A DNA stretch of 64,000 nucleotides from contig CAZIPE010000002.1 in the NCBI GenBank assembly GCA_964541305.1, forward strand, positions 7,972 through 71,971, read 5' to 3'. The notes under the pieces were generated by a model that did no database searches, had not been told where the DNA came from, and saw nothing but the letters and a program-made list of their open reading frames with translations. The translations under genes and the position numbers were made by a program. This document shows positions 30,642-39,594 of this stretch, piece after piece. Position 1 is the first letter of the stretch. Each line of letters starts with the position of its first letter. The stretch comes from an uncultured Candidatus Saccharibacteria bacterium (lineage in GTDB: Bacteria; Patescibacteriota; Saccharimonadia; Saccharimonadales; UBA7683).

Positions 30642-31829
30642 CTACAGATTACACAGTTTTTTACAATGTTGTGCGGTTAGTGCCTCGTGCTCTTCAAGTG
30701 TGTTAGAAAAATAGGTTACCCCGTCATCTCCTGCGACGAAAAAATTGTAGGTTCCCGGTGCCGGATTGGCAACTGCTTCGAGCGCCGTTAGGTTAAAGTT
30801 GGCAATGGCAGATGGCGGTAACCCAGTATATTTACGGGTATTGTAGAGTGAATCGATGTCGGGGGTAGCTGGCTTGCCAGTTTCAGCCGCTGCGTACATA
30901 AAGGTAACGTCCGATCCAAGCTGTTTGTCTTCTTTGAAGCGTTTTAAGAATACCTGAGCCACTTTTTGTTGAGTAGGATAATCTGACACCTCTTTTTGCA
31001 CGATTGAGGCTAAAATGATGCCTTGTTCGAGAGTGAGCCCTTGTTTCTTGAGACCCGCCTTAATGGAGGGGCTAATTCTATCTTCAAACGTATCGAGCAT
31101 GAGTTCCAGCAGTTGTTCTGCGGTGTTACCGGGTTCAACTTTATATGTTTCTGGGAAGAAGTACCCCTCGAGACGTTGATTCGAAGGCACATTTGTAAGT
31201 AATGGATGGTTACGTACTGCGGTGATTGCACTGTCAATTTCTGGCTGAGTGTAGCCGATATCAATAAGTTTCTGCTTAATTTCCGTCAGTCGCAGACCTG
31301 GTGCAATAAGCAGGTTAGTACTCGAAACTTTGCCCTCCTTTAATATTTGAGCAATTTCTGGTGTAGAGTTTTTGCTAGTAAGTCGGTAGGTGCCCGCTTG
31401 CAAACCTGATATTCCATTGAACTGCAGGTGCCATAAAAAGGCGGTGGCACTTTTAATAACCTGTTTTTCCTCTAGGGTCTCAGCTATTAACTGCGTGCTT
31501 GCACCACTTGCGATTGGCACAATATGATATACATCATCAGCTGTGCGTGGAGAAAGTTGCATCTTATACCAGCTAAACAGTGCAATGAAAGTGACCAACA
31601 CTATAACAACAAGAGAAATGATAGCGTACCTGAGTATGTGGTAATTCTTCTTTGGTTTTGGGGGCTCATCTACGCTGGCTATTTCGGGAGATGATGGCGG
31701 GGTTGGTGGTGGCGTGACCTGCTGTGGAGGCTGTTGCGCAGGAGATGCAACAGAATTGAGTGGTTGCGGTGGTGGTAACACGGGAGTCTGTGGTGGCTGT
31801 TCTGGTTGTTGCAAAGGATCTTCAGGCAT
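30642..31829 (-). CDS. mltG: endolytic murein transglycosylase MltG (YceG family) with a Pro-rich N-terminus
   Basis: 395 aa. The N-terminus is Pro/Gln-rich, followed by a TM helix and YceG-like blocks (EGYFFPETY, ILASIVQKE, YNTRKYTGLPPSAIANF). Confidence 0.85.
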   Translation of the reverse strand: MPEDPLQQPEQPPQTPVLPPPQPLNSVASPAQQPPQQVTPPPTPPSSPEIASVDEPPKPKKNYHILRYAIISLVVIVLVTFIALFSWYKMQLSPRTADDVYHIVPIASGASTQLIAETLEEKQVIKSATAFLWHLQFNGISGLQAGTYRLTSKNSTPEIAQILKEGKVSSTNLLIAPGLRLTEIKQKLIDIGYTQPEIDSAITAVRNHPLLTNVPSNQRLEGYFFPETYKVEPGNTAEQLLELMLDTFEDRISPSIKAGLKKQGLTLEQGIILASIVQKEVSDYPTQQKVAQVFLKRFKEDKQLGSDVTFMYAAAETGKPATPDIDSLYNTRKYTGLPPSAIANFNLTALEAVANPAPGTYNFFVAGDDGVTYFSNTLEEHEALTAQHCKKLCNL

Positions 31830-32245
31830 CAGGCGTGCTCCTTCACATAATCTTCTAAGATGAATGTTGCCGCCAAAGAATCAATATCAGCCTTTTCGTA
31901 GCTTTTACCACGAGATTCAAGTTCTTCTTCGGCCTTCACTGAGGTGAGCGATTCGTCTTGCCAGGCAAGGGTGGTCGTATCGGGAAGATGTAGTGCGTGA
32001 ACCGTTTCTTCTACTACTTTTGTTTGCACAGTTGGATCACCAGATTGATTGCGGGGATATCCGATAACAATAGTTGTAATCTGGTATTGATTAATTAGGT
32101 CGGTAATTGTCTCAGCAAGTTGATCGTTATTTTGCAGTGTCGTAACTGGGCGTGCAAAAAAAGTGGGGACTTCAGCAAGAGCCACCCCAACGCGCTTTTC
32201 ACCAACATCAAGTGAAAGCAAATTACCCTGCACTGTTTTCATCAA
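31829..32245 (-). CDS. ruvX: Holliday junction resolvase-like nuclease RuvX (YqgF)
   Basis: 138 aa with LLSLDVGEKRVGVA at the N-terminus and a DERLTS-like block (DESLTSV). Its stop overlaps the mltG start (TGATG). Confidence 0.85.
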   Translation of the reverse strand: MMKTVQGNLLSLDVGEKRVGVALAEVPTFFARPVTTLQNNDQLAETITDLINQYQITTIVIGYPRNQSGDPTVQTKVVEETVHALHLPDTTTLAWQDESLTSVKAEEELESRGKSYEKADIDSLAATFILEDYVKEHA

Positions 32246-33884
32246 CCTTTAATTCTATTTCGATCTTACTTGCACCCGGTGCTTTGCGTGCCCAGAAGGG
32301 TGTGAGGTTAATATCAGTACTCTTAACCCCTGGCAGGCTCTGAACATAGGATCGTATCTCACCAATCTTCTTGCCTGATACTTCTTGTTTGAGCTGTTCG
32401 ATATCAAACTTAGGACCATACTGACCGAGTGCACTCACTTTATAGACTGCCGTCTTACCGCTTACTTTAACTTTTTCAAACTGTGCATCTTTAACCCCAT
32501 CATCATACACTTGTTGCTGATCTTTATTGTCCATTTTAGTAGTAATGAATGCCTCGTTGGCAGCTTTTAAATCTGCTTCTTTAACACCCAACATAGTATA
32601 GGTTGCCTGCGCTGTAAGCTTGCCCTCGTTCGCTTCTTGGCCAACGGCTGGCTCACTCGTTGTCTGCCCAATGCTTGCGGTGAATGAATCACCGAGCACT
32701 TTAACTCCTTCGCCAAAACCCTTTTCAAGCTCGGTCTTTATATCTGCATTATCCTTCTTTGCAAGTTCAGCTTTAGCCTTATCAACATCAGCTTGAGAAA
32801 CTACTTTCACCACCTTAGATACGCCACCAGACATTTGTCCACCAGTACCTGTTACAGCACCGTAGCCATTTACCGTATATGTTGTTGGTCCAAGGTTATA
32901 CTGATCTCCATTCTTCTGAGCCTTCACCGTACTCGATCCAACAAAAGAGCATCCGTCATCAAAATTTGGGGTTGTGAGACTTACTGTTTGCTGTGTAATA
33001 AAGGTAAGCCCCTGCGCACTTACGCCCGTACCTGCGGGCACTTGAGTTGGTCCGTCTCCCACATCCGAACAAGCAATAGACAGAGTCATGCTACCCGATG
33101 CTTTTGAACCAAGGTCTTTTTCTCCTGTGGCTGTAAAGCTTTGAGTAACTGTCTTGCTCTCTTCTTGGACTTCGGCTCGGAAAGTATACGAGGCGGGATC
33201 TGATGTGCCACTGTCAGTAATGTTCGCTTCATAGGCAATTTCGACTGGGGTTGTTTCAGCACGAATGACAATGGTTGCTTTTGAGCGACCAAAAATGAAC
33301 AGGAGCGCAAACAGTACTAACGCAGTTATACCTGCAACTATGAGCATCTTCTTTTTGAAGGAATTAAAGTTCGGGACCTTCTTTTCTTTCTTCTTCTTGC
33401 CTTTGCTCGCTTTAGAATCGTTGGAATCGTCTCGTAGTTCGCCGTCGTTATCTAAATCTGAGGCTAAATCTTCACCGTTTATCTGAAGTTCATCTTCATC
33501 GCGTGCAGCCGCGGCGGCAGCAGCTCCTAATGCAGCTGGGGCAGCGAGCTCATTAACCGCATCAGTTACTTCAACAGAGTCATCCTCGGGCTCGGTTACT
33601 TCATCTGGCGTGGGAATATAGGGCTTAGACTGTAGATTCTTGGCAACATAGAGACCCAATCCACCAGCAAGTGCGAGGAGTGCATTGTTATTCGAGACAA
33701 TGACCGATTGCTTCTTGGCAGAGGTAGATGCTCGTTTGAGCAACTTGAGATTCACCGTACTCTGAAAAACAGTACTACCCTTTGGTGGTACGAGCGCAAT
33801 AATTTTTTCTTTACTATTCTTGAGCTTATCAATGACTGCAGTGATATCATCTTCAACATCAATGTAGATTACATCTTTTTTCAT
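32223..33884 (-). CDS. bitopic membrane protein of unknown function (553 aa) immediately downstream of ftsA
   Basis: Has a small N-terminal cytoplasmic domain (MKKDVIYIDVEDDITAVIDKLKNSKEKIIALVPPKGS..), an acidic/Lys-rich linker, one TM helix (MLIVAGITALVLFALLFIFG) and an extracytoplasmic domain of about 350 aa. Confidence 0.55.
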   Translation of the reverse strand: MKKDVIYIDVEDDITAVIDKLKNSKEKIIALVPPKGSTVFQSTVNLKLLKRASTSAKKQSVIVSNNNALLALAGGLGLYVAKNLQSKPYIPTPDEVTEPEDDSVEVTDAVNELAAPAALGAAAAAAARDEDELQINGEDLASDLDNDGELRDDSNDSKASKGKKKKEKKVPNFNSFKKKMLIVAGITALVLFALLFIFGRSKATIVIRAETTPVEIAYEANITDSGTSDPASYTFRAEVQEESKTVTQSFTATGEKDLGSKASGSMTLSIACSDVGDGPTQVPAGTGVSAQGLTFITQQTVSLTTPNFDDGCSFVGSSTVKAQKNGDQYNLGPTTYTVNGYGAVTGTGGQMSGGVSKVVKVVSQADVDKAKAELAKKDNADIKTELEKGFGEGVKVLGDSFTASIGQTTSEPAVGQEANEGKLTAQATYTMLGVKEADLKAANEAFITTKMDNKDQQQVYDDGVKDAQFEKVKVSGKTAVYKVSALGQYGPKFDIEQLKQEVSGKKIGEIRSYVQSLPGVKSTDINLTPFWARKAPGASKIEIELKVDENSAG

Positions 33885-33899
33885 TTGAGTGGTGTGCCC

Positions 33900-35183
33900 T
33901 TAAACGCTGAGGATCTTATTAAACTTTTCTTTAAGGCGATTCGTGCGACCCTCGCTTCCTAATATGGTATCATATCCGACCCGTAATAACCCTAATGCTG
34001 TAATCAGGGTATGATCTGTTACTTTTTCTGTCTTATCTGTTATATCGGCTACTTCATCTGGCGTAATCAGCTCGATGCTGGGTCGTTTGGTAAATGGCAG
34101 TTCTTTATACCAATCATCTTCTTTTAGCGCGCTCACGAGAGGCTTCAGACTCGCACCGCCACCACAGAGCAGGATTCGTTTTGGTAAGTGATCTAAGCCG
34201 GTGAACTCACTCAGAGCAAGTTCCACGCCATCAAGCCAGACCTCAAGAGTTTTTTCAATTGCTTTGAGCGCTCCTTCTTTTTGACTCTTTTTAAGTTCGT
34301 CGCTATCTAAATTAAGTTTTATCTTCTCTGCCTGAGCAAAATTAACATCGAGCTCGTTGCTGATAGTGTTAGTAAAGGCTCGCCCGCCAATACCAAACAT
34401 GCGCGTACCTTGCACACCACCATCATCTACTACGGCAATATCGGTCGTACCACCACCAACATCAATCAAGATTGCAGTGAACGTGCTGGAGGCATCATTG
34501 CCAATTAAACTTCGTGAAACTGCGAATGGCTCAGCCGCAACGGCGATCAAATCGAGATCCAGTTGCGTTGCTACACGCTCAAGTGCCCCAATATGAACCA
34601 TTGGTGCAAATGCGGTGTAGAGTTGCATGATAATTTCTTTGCCCTGAAAACCAATTGGGTTACTGATTTTGTAGGTATCAATGTGGATGGAAACGATAGC
34701 GCTATTGACCAGTTTGACTTCAACATCTTTTTTCCCAGTTTCAAGTTCAAGTTGTTTTTGAGCACGCTCCAGCATTCTATCTTGTGCTCTGTCGATTATT
34801 AGTTCAATCTCAGTAGCGTCTAAAGGCTTTTCAGGGTTCGGACGACGATATTTAATGGTTGTTGTGAGCCCCTTCACTAATTCGCCGGCAATTCCTACGA
34901 TCGCCTGACGAGGGCTTGCTCCCGCCATATTTTCGGCTTTTGTAAGTGCTTTTTCGCAGTTTGCTACCACCCCTGCTATATCTGAAACAGCTCCTGACTG
35001 CATATCACTTAGCGCTTGTCGGGCACGCCCAACGCCAACAACTTCAAGTTCATCATCATTTACTTTTGCAATAACCGCTTTTACAAATTCAGTCCCCACA
35101 TCAAGACCGACGATAAGTTGATCTGCTGATTTTTTCGGCAACTTATCTTTGACATGAGCAAGTTGTTTAATTTTATTAAGCAT
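33900..35183 (-). CDS. ftsA: cell division protein FtsA (actin-like ATPase)
   Basis: 427 aa with actin-fold phosphate motifs (VGLDVGTEFVKA, IDVGGGTTDIAV, LCGGGASL) and a C-terminal amphipathic helix (RLKEKFNKILSV). The ATG is 8 nt after TGgTATAAT. Confidence 0.8.
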   Translation of the reverse strand: MLNKIKQLAHVKDKLPKKSADQLIVGLDVGTEFVKAVIAKVNDDELEVVGVGRARQALSDMQSGAVSDIAGVVANCEKALTKAENMAGASPRQAIVGIAGELVKGLTTTIKYRRPNPEKPLDATEIELIIDRAQDRMLERAQKQLELETGKKDVEVKLVNSAIVSIHIDTYKISNPIGFQGKEIIMQLYTAFAPMVHIGALERVATQLDLDLIAVAAEPFAVSRSLIGNDASSTFTAILIDVGGGTTDIAVVDDGGVQGTRMFGIGGRAFTNTISNELDVNFAQAEKIKLNLDSDELKKSQKEGALKAIEKTLEVWLDGVELALSEFTGLDHLPKRILLCGGGASLKPLVSALKEDDWYKELPFTKRPSIELITPDEVADITDKTEKVTDHTLITALGLLRVGYDTILGSEGRTNRLKEKFNKILSV

Positions 35184-35214
35184 TACCTCTAATTATACCA
35201 TATCGGAGGTAGAT

Positions 35215-35583
35215 CTATATCTGGTCGCGTGAGCGCGTGCAGAATATAAAACTAATCCTAGATCCAGCCAACATAGTCTGTATTTCTTCTGACGGAATCG
35301 TTGGACTTGTAAGGGCAAGGTGGCCAATAACTGCTTCTCTTTCTGAGATAGCGACATCATTGTCTCGAGAATATTCATTTATTGCCTTGGGTACCAAGCT
35401 TCTTAGCACCAACTCATCGTGCGACACATTTCCCGGACTAGTTTCAAGCCATGTAATTTCAAGGCCATTTTTTTTCATAACTAAGCTACCCAGTAGAGAA
35501 ACCTGAGATAATCCCGCTTCTTGACACTTCGCTTCAAGCACAGTTTCAAAATCTTTTTCAGTATTTAGTGTATTCATAGTCAT
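35215..35583 (-). CDS. hypothetical protein (about 122 aa)
   Basis: ORF only. ATG 35583 is preferred over the track's GTG 35589. Confidence 0.4.
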   Translation of the reverse strand: MTMNTLNTEKDFETVLEAKCQEAGLSQVSLLGSLVMKKNGLEITWLETSPGNVSHDELVLRSLVPKAINEYSRDNDVAISEREAVIGHLALTSPTIPSEEIQTMLAGSRISFIFCTRSRDQI

Positions 35584-35627
35584 ATGCACCTATTGGTGGC
35601 AGTGAACGAGTATACACTAGGGGTGAA

Positions 35628-37514
35628 CTATTGCAAGATGGCTTTTATACGACGAATGCCAGCAGATGAGGCTTCTTCTTTGATGATCTTGAATTTCTTG
35701 CCGTCTTCGAAAAGTTGAAGAGTGTGATCGACATGAGGACCGCCACAGATTTCGAAACTGAACGGCTTAGTCTCAGTATCAGCTATCATCTTATATACTT
35801 TTACAGATTCACCATATCTATCACCAAATTGACCGAGCGCGCCAAGAGGGCCTGTAGCCTCTTTGGTAGGATATTCAGCCCAACTTACTTTAAGGTCTTT
35901 GGCGATTTGTTCGTTGACAATCTTTTCAACTTCGTCCAATTGCTCACGCGTTACTTTTTCAGGGTGAGAAAAATCAAATCTGAGTCGTTCTTCGGTAATG
36001 TTCGATCCTCGCTGAACAACATGATCACCAAGCACGTCGCGAAGCGCTTGGTACATCAGATGTGTAGCGGTATGATATTTTTTGTGAATCATTTGCTGAC
36101 CACCAAGTCCGCCCTTAAACGTTCCTTTACTGGCAGTTTGCGATCGCTCGCGTTGTTCTTTCATTAACTCATCAAATTCATCTTTCCAGTTTTCTGAGAC
36201 ATTCACCTCTTGCTTAAATGCTTCTTCAACCGAAAGTTCTAATGGAAAACCGTACGTATCGTAGAGCGTAAAAACTTCTTTGCCGGTTAGTCCGTCTTTA
36301 GTCAGTTTTTCAAACTCACGTATACCCTTTCGTAATGTCTGTCGGAAAACTTTTTCTTCTCGCACCAGAATATCAATCACTTCTTGCTTCTTCTGGGAAA
36401 CTTCAGGATAGTCTTGCTCATATAAACCAGTGATAACGGGTACTATTTCTTCACAGAAATTTTGTTCCACACCGAGCTCAAAGGCGAAGCGAATTGCCCG
36501 ACGCATCAATCGACGCATAACGTAACCCTGTTCTTTGTTGCTTGGTTTGACACCATCTACGGCTAAGAACGTTGCAGCACGCAGATGGTCGGCTATTACG
36601 CGCATAGCGTTGGTATGATTGGCGTATTGTTTACCAGAAATCTGTTCTAACTTTTCAACGATTGGCCACATCAGCGATATCTTGAACACATCTGGTGAAT
36701 CAATAGCTGCTGCAGCAATTCGCTCCAGACCTCCGCCGAAGTCGACATTGGGTGCAGACAGTGGCTCAAACCCCTTTTCAGTACGTTTGTATTGCATAAA
36801 TACTTGATTACCAATTTCAATGAAACGGCCAGAATCACTCGCAGGGTGCGCCTCACCGTATCCATCGGCATGATTCTGCTTACCAAAGTCGTAAAATACT
36901 TCGCTATCAGGACCACATGGGTCACCAATTGGTGTCTTCTCAAGTCCACCTCCGCGAGACCACCAGTTTTCACCGTCATCATAGAAAAATATTCTCTCAC
37001 CTGCGTTAATACCACGCTTATCACCGTCTTCTTGTGAGCCTATTTCAGCAATCTTGGCATCAATTCCTCTTTCTTTAAACAGATTTTGCCATATTTGAGC
37101 AGCTTCGTCGTCCCGCGGTATACCCGCTTTTTCATCGCCAATAAAACACGTGACATATATTTTTTTAGGGTCAAGGCCAACCACGTCAACCAAAAATGTG
37201 AAGAACCACTTGATCTGCTCTTCTTTAAAATAATCACCCATACTCCAGTTACCAAGCATTTCAAAGAAAGTAGTGTGACGATTATCACCGACATCTTCAA
37301 TATCCATAGAACGCAGACATGTCTGAGAATTCACAAGACGCTTACCTTGAGGGTGTTCCTCACCCAGAAGATACGGTATCAGCGGCTGCATCCCGGAACC
37401 AGTAAATAGGGTAGTGGGGTCATTGTATGGCACTAAAAGTGCCCGAGGAATCATCTCGTGCCCACTTTTCTTGAAGAATTCTAAATACTTTCGTCTAATT
37501 TCTTGTGCATTCAT
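35628..37514 (-). CDS. alaS: alanine--tRNA ligase, short form (628 aa) lacking the C-Ala domain
   Basis: The N-terminal class II catalytic core begins MNAQEIRRKYLEFFK..GH...PRA.LVP..DPT.LFT.SGM. The editing-domain metal motifs HTATHLMYQAL and CGGPHV are present. The protein ends about 40 aa after the editing domain. Confidence 0.9.
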   Translation of the reverse strand: MNAQEIRRKYLEFFKKSGHEMIPRALLVPYNDPTTLFTGSGMQPLIPYLLGEEHPQGKRLVNSQTCLRSMDIEDVGDNRHTTFFEMLGNWSMGDYFKEEQIKWFFTFLVDVVGLDPKKIYVTCFIGDEKAGIPRDDEAAQIWQNLFKERGIDAKIAEIGSQEDGDKRGINAGERIFFYDDGENWWSRGGGLEKTPIGDPCGPDSEVFYDFGKQNHADGYGEAHPASDSGRFIEIGNQVFMQYKRTEKGFEPLSAPNVDFGGGLERIAAAAIDSPDVFKISLMWPIVEKLEQISGKQYANHTNAMRVIADHLRAATFLAVDGVKPSNKEQGYVMRRLMRRAIRFAFELGVEQNFCEEIVPVITGLYEQDYPEVSQKKQEVIDILVREEKVFRQTLRKGIREFEKLTKDGLTGKEVFTLYDTYGFPLELSVEEAFKQEVNVSENWKDEFDELMKEQRERSQTASKGTFKGGLGGQQMIHKKYHTATHLMYQALRDVLGDHVVQRGSNITEERLRFDFSHPEKVTREQLDEVEKIVNEQIAKDLKVSWAEYPTKEATGPLGALGQFGDRYGESVKVYKMIADTETKPFSFEICGGPHVDHTLQLFEDGKKFKIIKEEASSAGIRRIKAILQ

Positions 37515-37546
37515 TTTAGTTATTATAACAGATATAGGTCACTTGA

Positions 37547-37987
37547 CTAATCTACGATGGCTTCAGCAACAATACGAGCAGTGTCGCCCTGTAATTCATC
37601 ATTAAACCCAGCCCTAGCACGTATCACTAAGCAGGGTAAGGTGCCCGCGACAAGACCATTGCAAGCATCGGGCCTCATGGGAGAGGGGTTATCGTAGATA
37701 CTACATGTATTTTTAAGACTTAAATGCCCGCAGTCTGCAACAAGTTTGAAGAACCCATAGCCAGCTGGAATTTGAAATGCCTAATCCTTTTCTGAAAGTT
37801 TTATTGGTTCAGAATCTTCATCGCGAGGTTCAACCAATGTTTTTGTTCTGATCTTCAAAAGGTTACTACCTGCTTCGGCCCTGTTCATGAATATACCCGT
37901 ACCAATTCTGCAGCACGCGCCGTTGCAATCATTAACACAATCTAGGTCGAGCAATATATTTGGCCCTTTGTTTTTTCTCTTTGTCAT
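37547..37987 (-). pseudogene. YkgJ-family (CxxCxxCC / UPF0153) Cys-cluster protein interrupted by an in-frame TAG at 37781-37783
   Basis: The upstream part (37784-37987) encodes MTKRKNKGPNILLDLDCVNDCNGACCRIG..KLSEKD. A TAG follows, and the same frame stays open for 78 more codons (AFQIPAGYGFFKLVADCGHLSLKNTCSIYDNPSPMRPDACNG..AIVD, stop 37547-37549). The two halves carry the N- and C-terminal Cys signatures of one family. The ATG overlaps the mnmA stop (ATGA). Confidence 0.6.
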
Positions 37988-39039
37988 ATTATTATTCCCC
38001 CACCCAGACATACTTCACCTTCATAAAAAACCGCCGATTGACCTGGGGTTAACGCACGAATATCATCGTTCAAAGATACTTTTAATTGTTCGTTTATTGG
38101 TTCTATAGAACATGCCGTTAATGGAGCTCTGTGCCGTGTGCGAACGTATAGTTGAGAATCGGTAGCTGGAAGTTGGTTGTTGGAGTTAATCCAATGTACA
38201 TCTGATACTACAAACTCATTTTGCCAGAGCTTACTGTCGTTCAAATCGGTCGTGACGTACACCTCGTTCTTCTTCATATCTTTACCAACAACGTAATAGG
38301 GCATGCCACCACCCACATCTAGCCCGTGTCGTTGACCAATCGTATAGAAAATTGCTCCGTCATGTTGGCCAATAACCTTGCACGATTCTTTTTCTATGAT
38401 TTTACCTGGTTCTGTTTGTACGAAGTTTTTCAGAAAATCCTTAATCCCAATCTGCCCGACAAAGCAGATGCCCACTGAATCCTTCTTTTGGGCGGTGACT
38501 AAACCGAGTTCTTTGGCTCTCTTGCGCACATCAGGTTTCAGCATGTCTCCCAACGGGAAGAGCGTTCTTGAAAGCGCCGCTTTTGTTACTCGATACAAAA
38601 AATAAGTCTGGTCTTTGTTATCATCAGTTGCTTTAAGCAACTTTCCGTCCTGTACTTTTGCATAATGACCAGTGGCAATAAGATCTGCACCATCTTCGAG
38701 TGCTGTTTGTAAAAACAACTTAAACTTCACTTCTTGATTGCACATAATGTCAGGGTTGGGAGTGCGACCGGCTTGAAATTCTTCAATCATATAGTCGACG
38801 ACTTTGTGCTTATATTCCTTTTGAAAGTCATAAATTTTAAATGGAATACCGAGTTGAACCGCGACGCGCTTAGCATCCGCTAAATCTTCTCGCCACGGGC
38901 ACTTGAATCCCGGAAGGTCACGAGCCCAGTTTTTCATAAACACACCGGTAACATCGTAGCCTTGCTCAATCAGCAGGGCAGCCGTAACAGAGCTATCGAC
39001 TCCTCCGCTCATCCCGACATATACTTTTTGCTGCGCCAT
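37984..39039 (-). CDS. mnmA: tRNA 2-thiouridine(34) synthase MnmA
   Basis: 351 aa with a PP-loop (VGMSGGVDSSV), catalytic Cys contexts (NPDIMCN, DSVGICF) and typical length. Confidence 0.95.
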   Translation of the reverse strand: MAQQKVYVGMSGGVDSSVTAALLIEQGYDVTGVFMKNWARDLPGFKCPWREDLADAKRVAVQLGIPFKIYDFQKEYKHKVVDYMIEEFQAGRTPNPDIMCNQEVKFKLFLQTALEDGADLIATGHYAKVQDGKLLKATDDNKDQTYFLYRVTKAALSRTLFPLGDMLKPDVRKRAKELGLVTAQKKDSVGICFVGQIGIKDFLKNFVQTEPGKIIEKESCKVIGQHDGAIFYTIGQRHGLDVGGGMPYYVVGKDMKKNEVYVTTDLNDSKLWQNEFVVSDVHWINSNNQLPATDSQLYVRTRHRAPLTACSIEPINEQLKVSLNDDIRALTPGQSAVFYEGEVCLGGGIII

Positions 39040-39590
39040 CAGAGAATGTTCTTGGCTACTTCACCTATAGTAATCCACCAGCCATAGGGAGTGAGCCACC
39101 AGGTTTTCGGATTCCAGTTTTTATCATCTGCTGGTGCGTTGATTACTACCACATTTGGTAAAACAGCTTGAAGTTCTTTGTTGGCCCTTTTTTGATGATA
39201 TTCACTGGTTACAAGTATTATCTTCTTACTATCGGCCAGGTACGTCTTTACACCACTGGCGTTTTCTTTTGTGTCACGCGAATTTTCATCAATCCGTATG
39301 GCATCAGCGGGCACACCTTTTTGTATGGCGAGTTCCTGCATAACAAGCGCGTTACTCGGACTGTTTGGATCTTTGGCTGCGCCTGAAAAAACCAGTAATG
39401 GCGCGTAACCTTCGGAGTAGAGTGCAATGGCTTTTAAGGCGCGTGCCGTTGTGTCACCACCGCTCACCGCCACAATAGCATCGGCTTTTTCAAGCGGGTC
39501 TTTAGCTTGCAGAAATTGTGTCACACCAAAAATAGAGCCACCTACAACGACGATTATGAATACAAGAACTGCAATAAGTTTGCCCATCAT
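39039..39590 (-). CDS. DUF218 (YdcF/ElyC/SanA family) membrane-anchored protein
   Basis: N-terminal TM helix followed by the DUF218 pattern (DAIVAVSGGD..R...A..LY..G.AP.L.FSG...........GVP...I..E..S.DT.ENA; ILVTSEYH..RA). Confidence 0.7.
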   Translation of the reverse strand: MMGKLIAVLVFIIVVVGGSIFGVTQFLQAKDPLEKADAIVAVSGGDTTARALKAIALYSEGYAPLLVFSGAAKDPNSPSNALVMQELAIQKGVPADAIRIDENSRDTKENASGVKTYLADSKKIILVTSEYHQKRANKELQAVLPNVVVINAPADDKNWNPKTWWLTPYGWWITIGEVAKNIL

Positions 39591-39594
39591 TCTA

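Noticed and set aside
35215-35583. The 122-aa ORF downstream of alaS as a split-off C-Ala domain
   Set aside because: Its sequence has none of the Gly-rich DHHA1/C-Ala features, and it is separated from alaS by a stop codon plus 44 nt with its own start.
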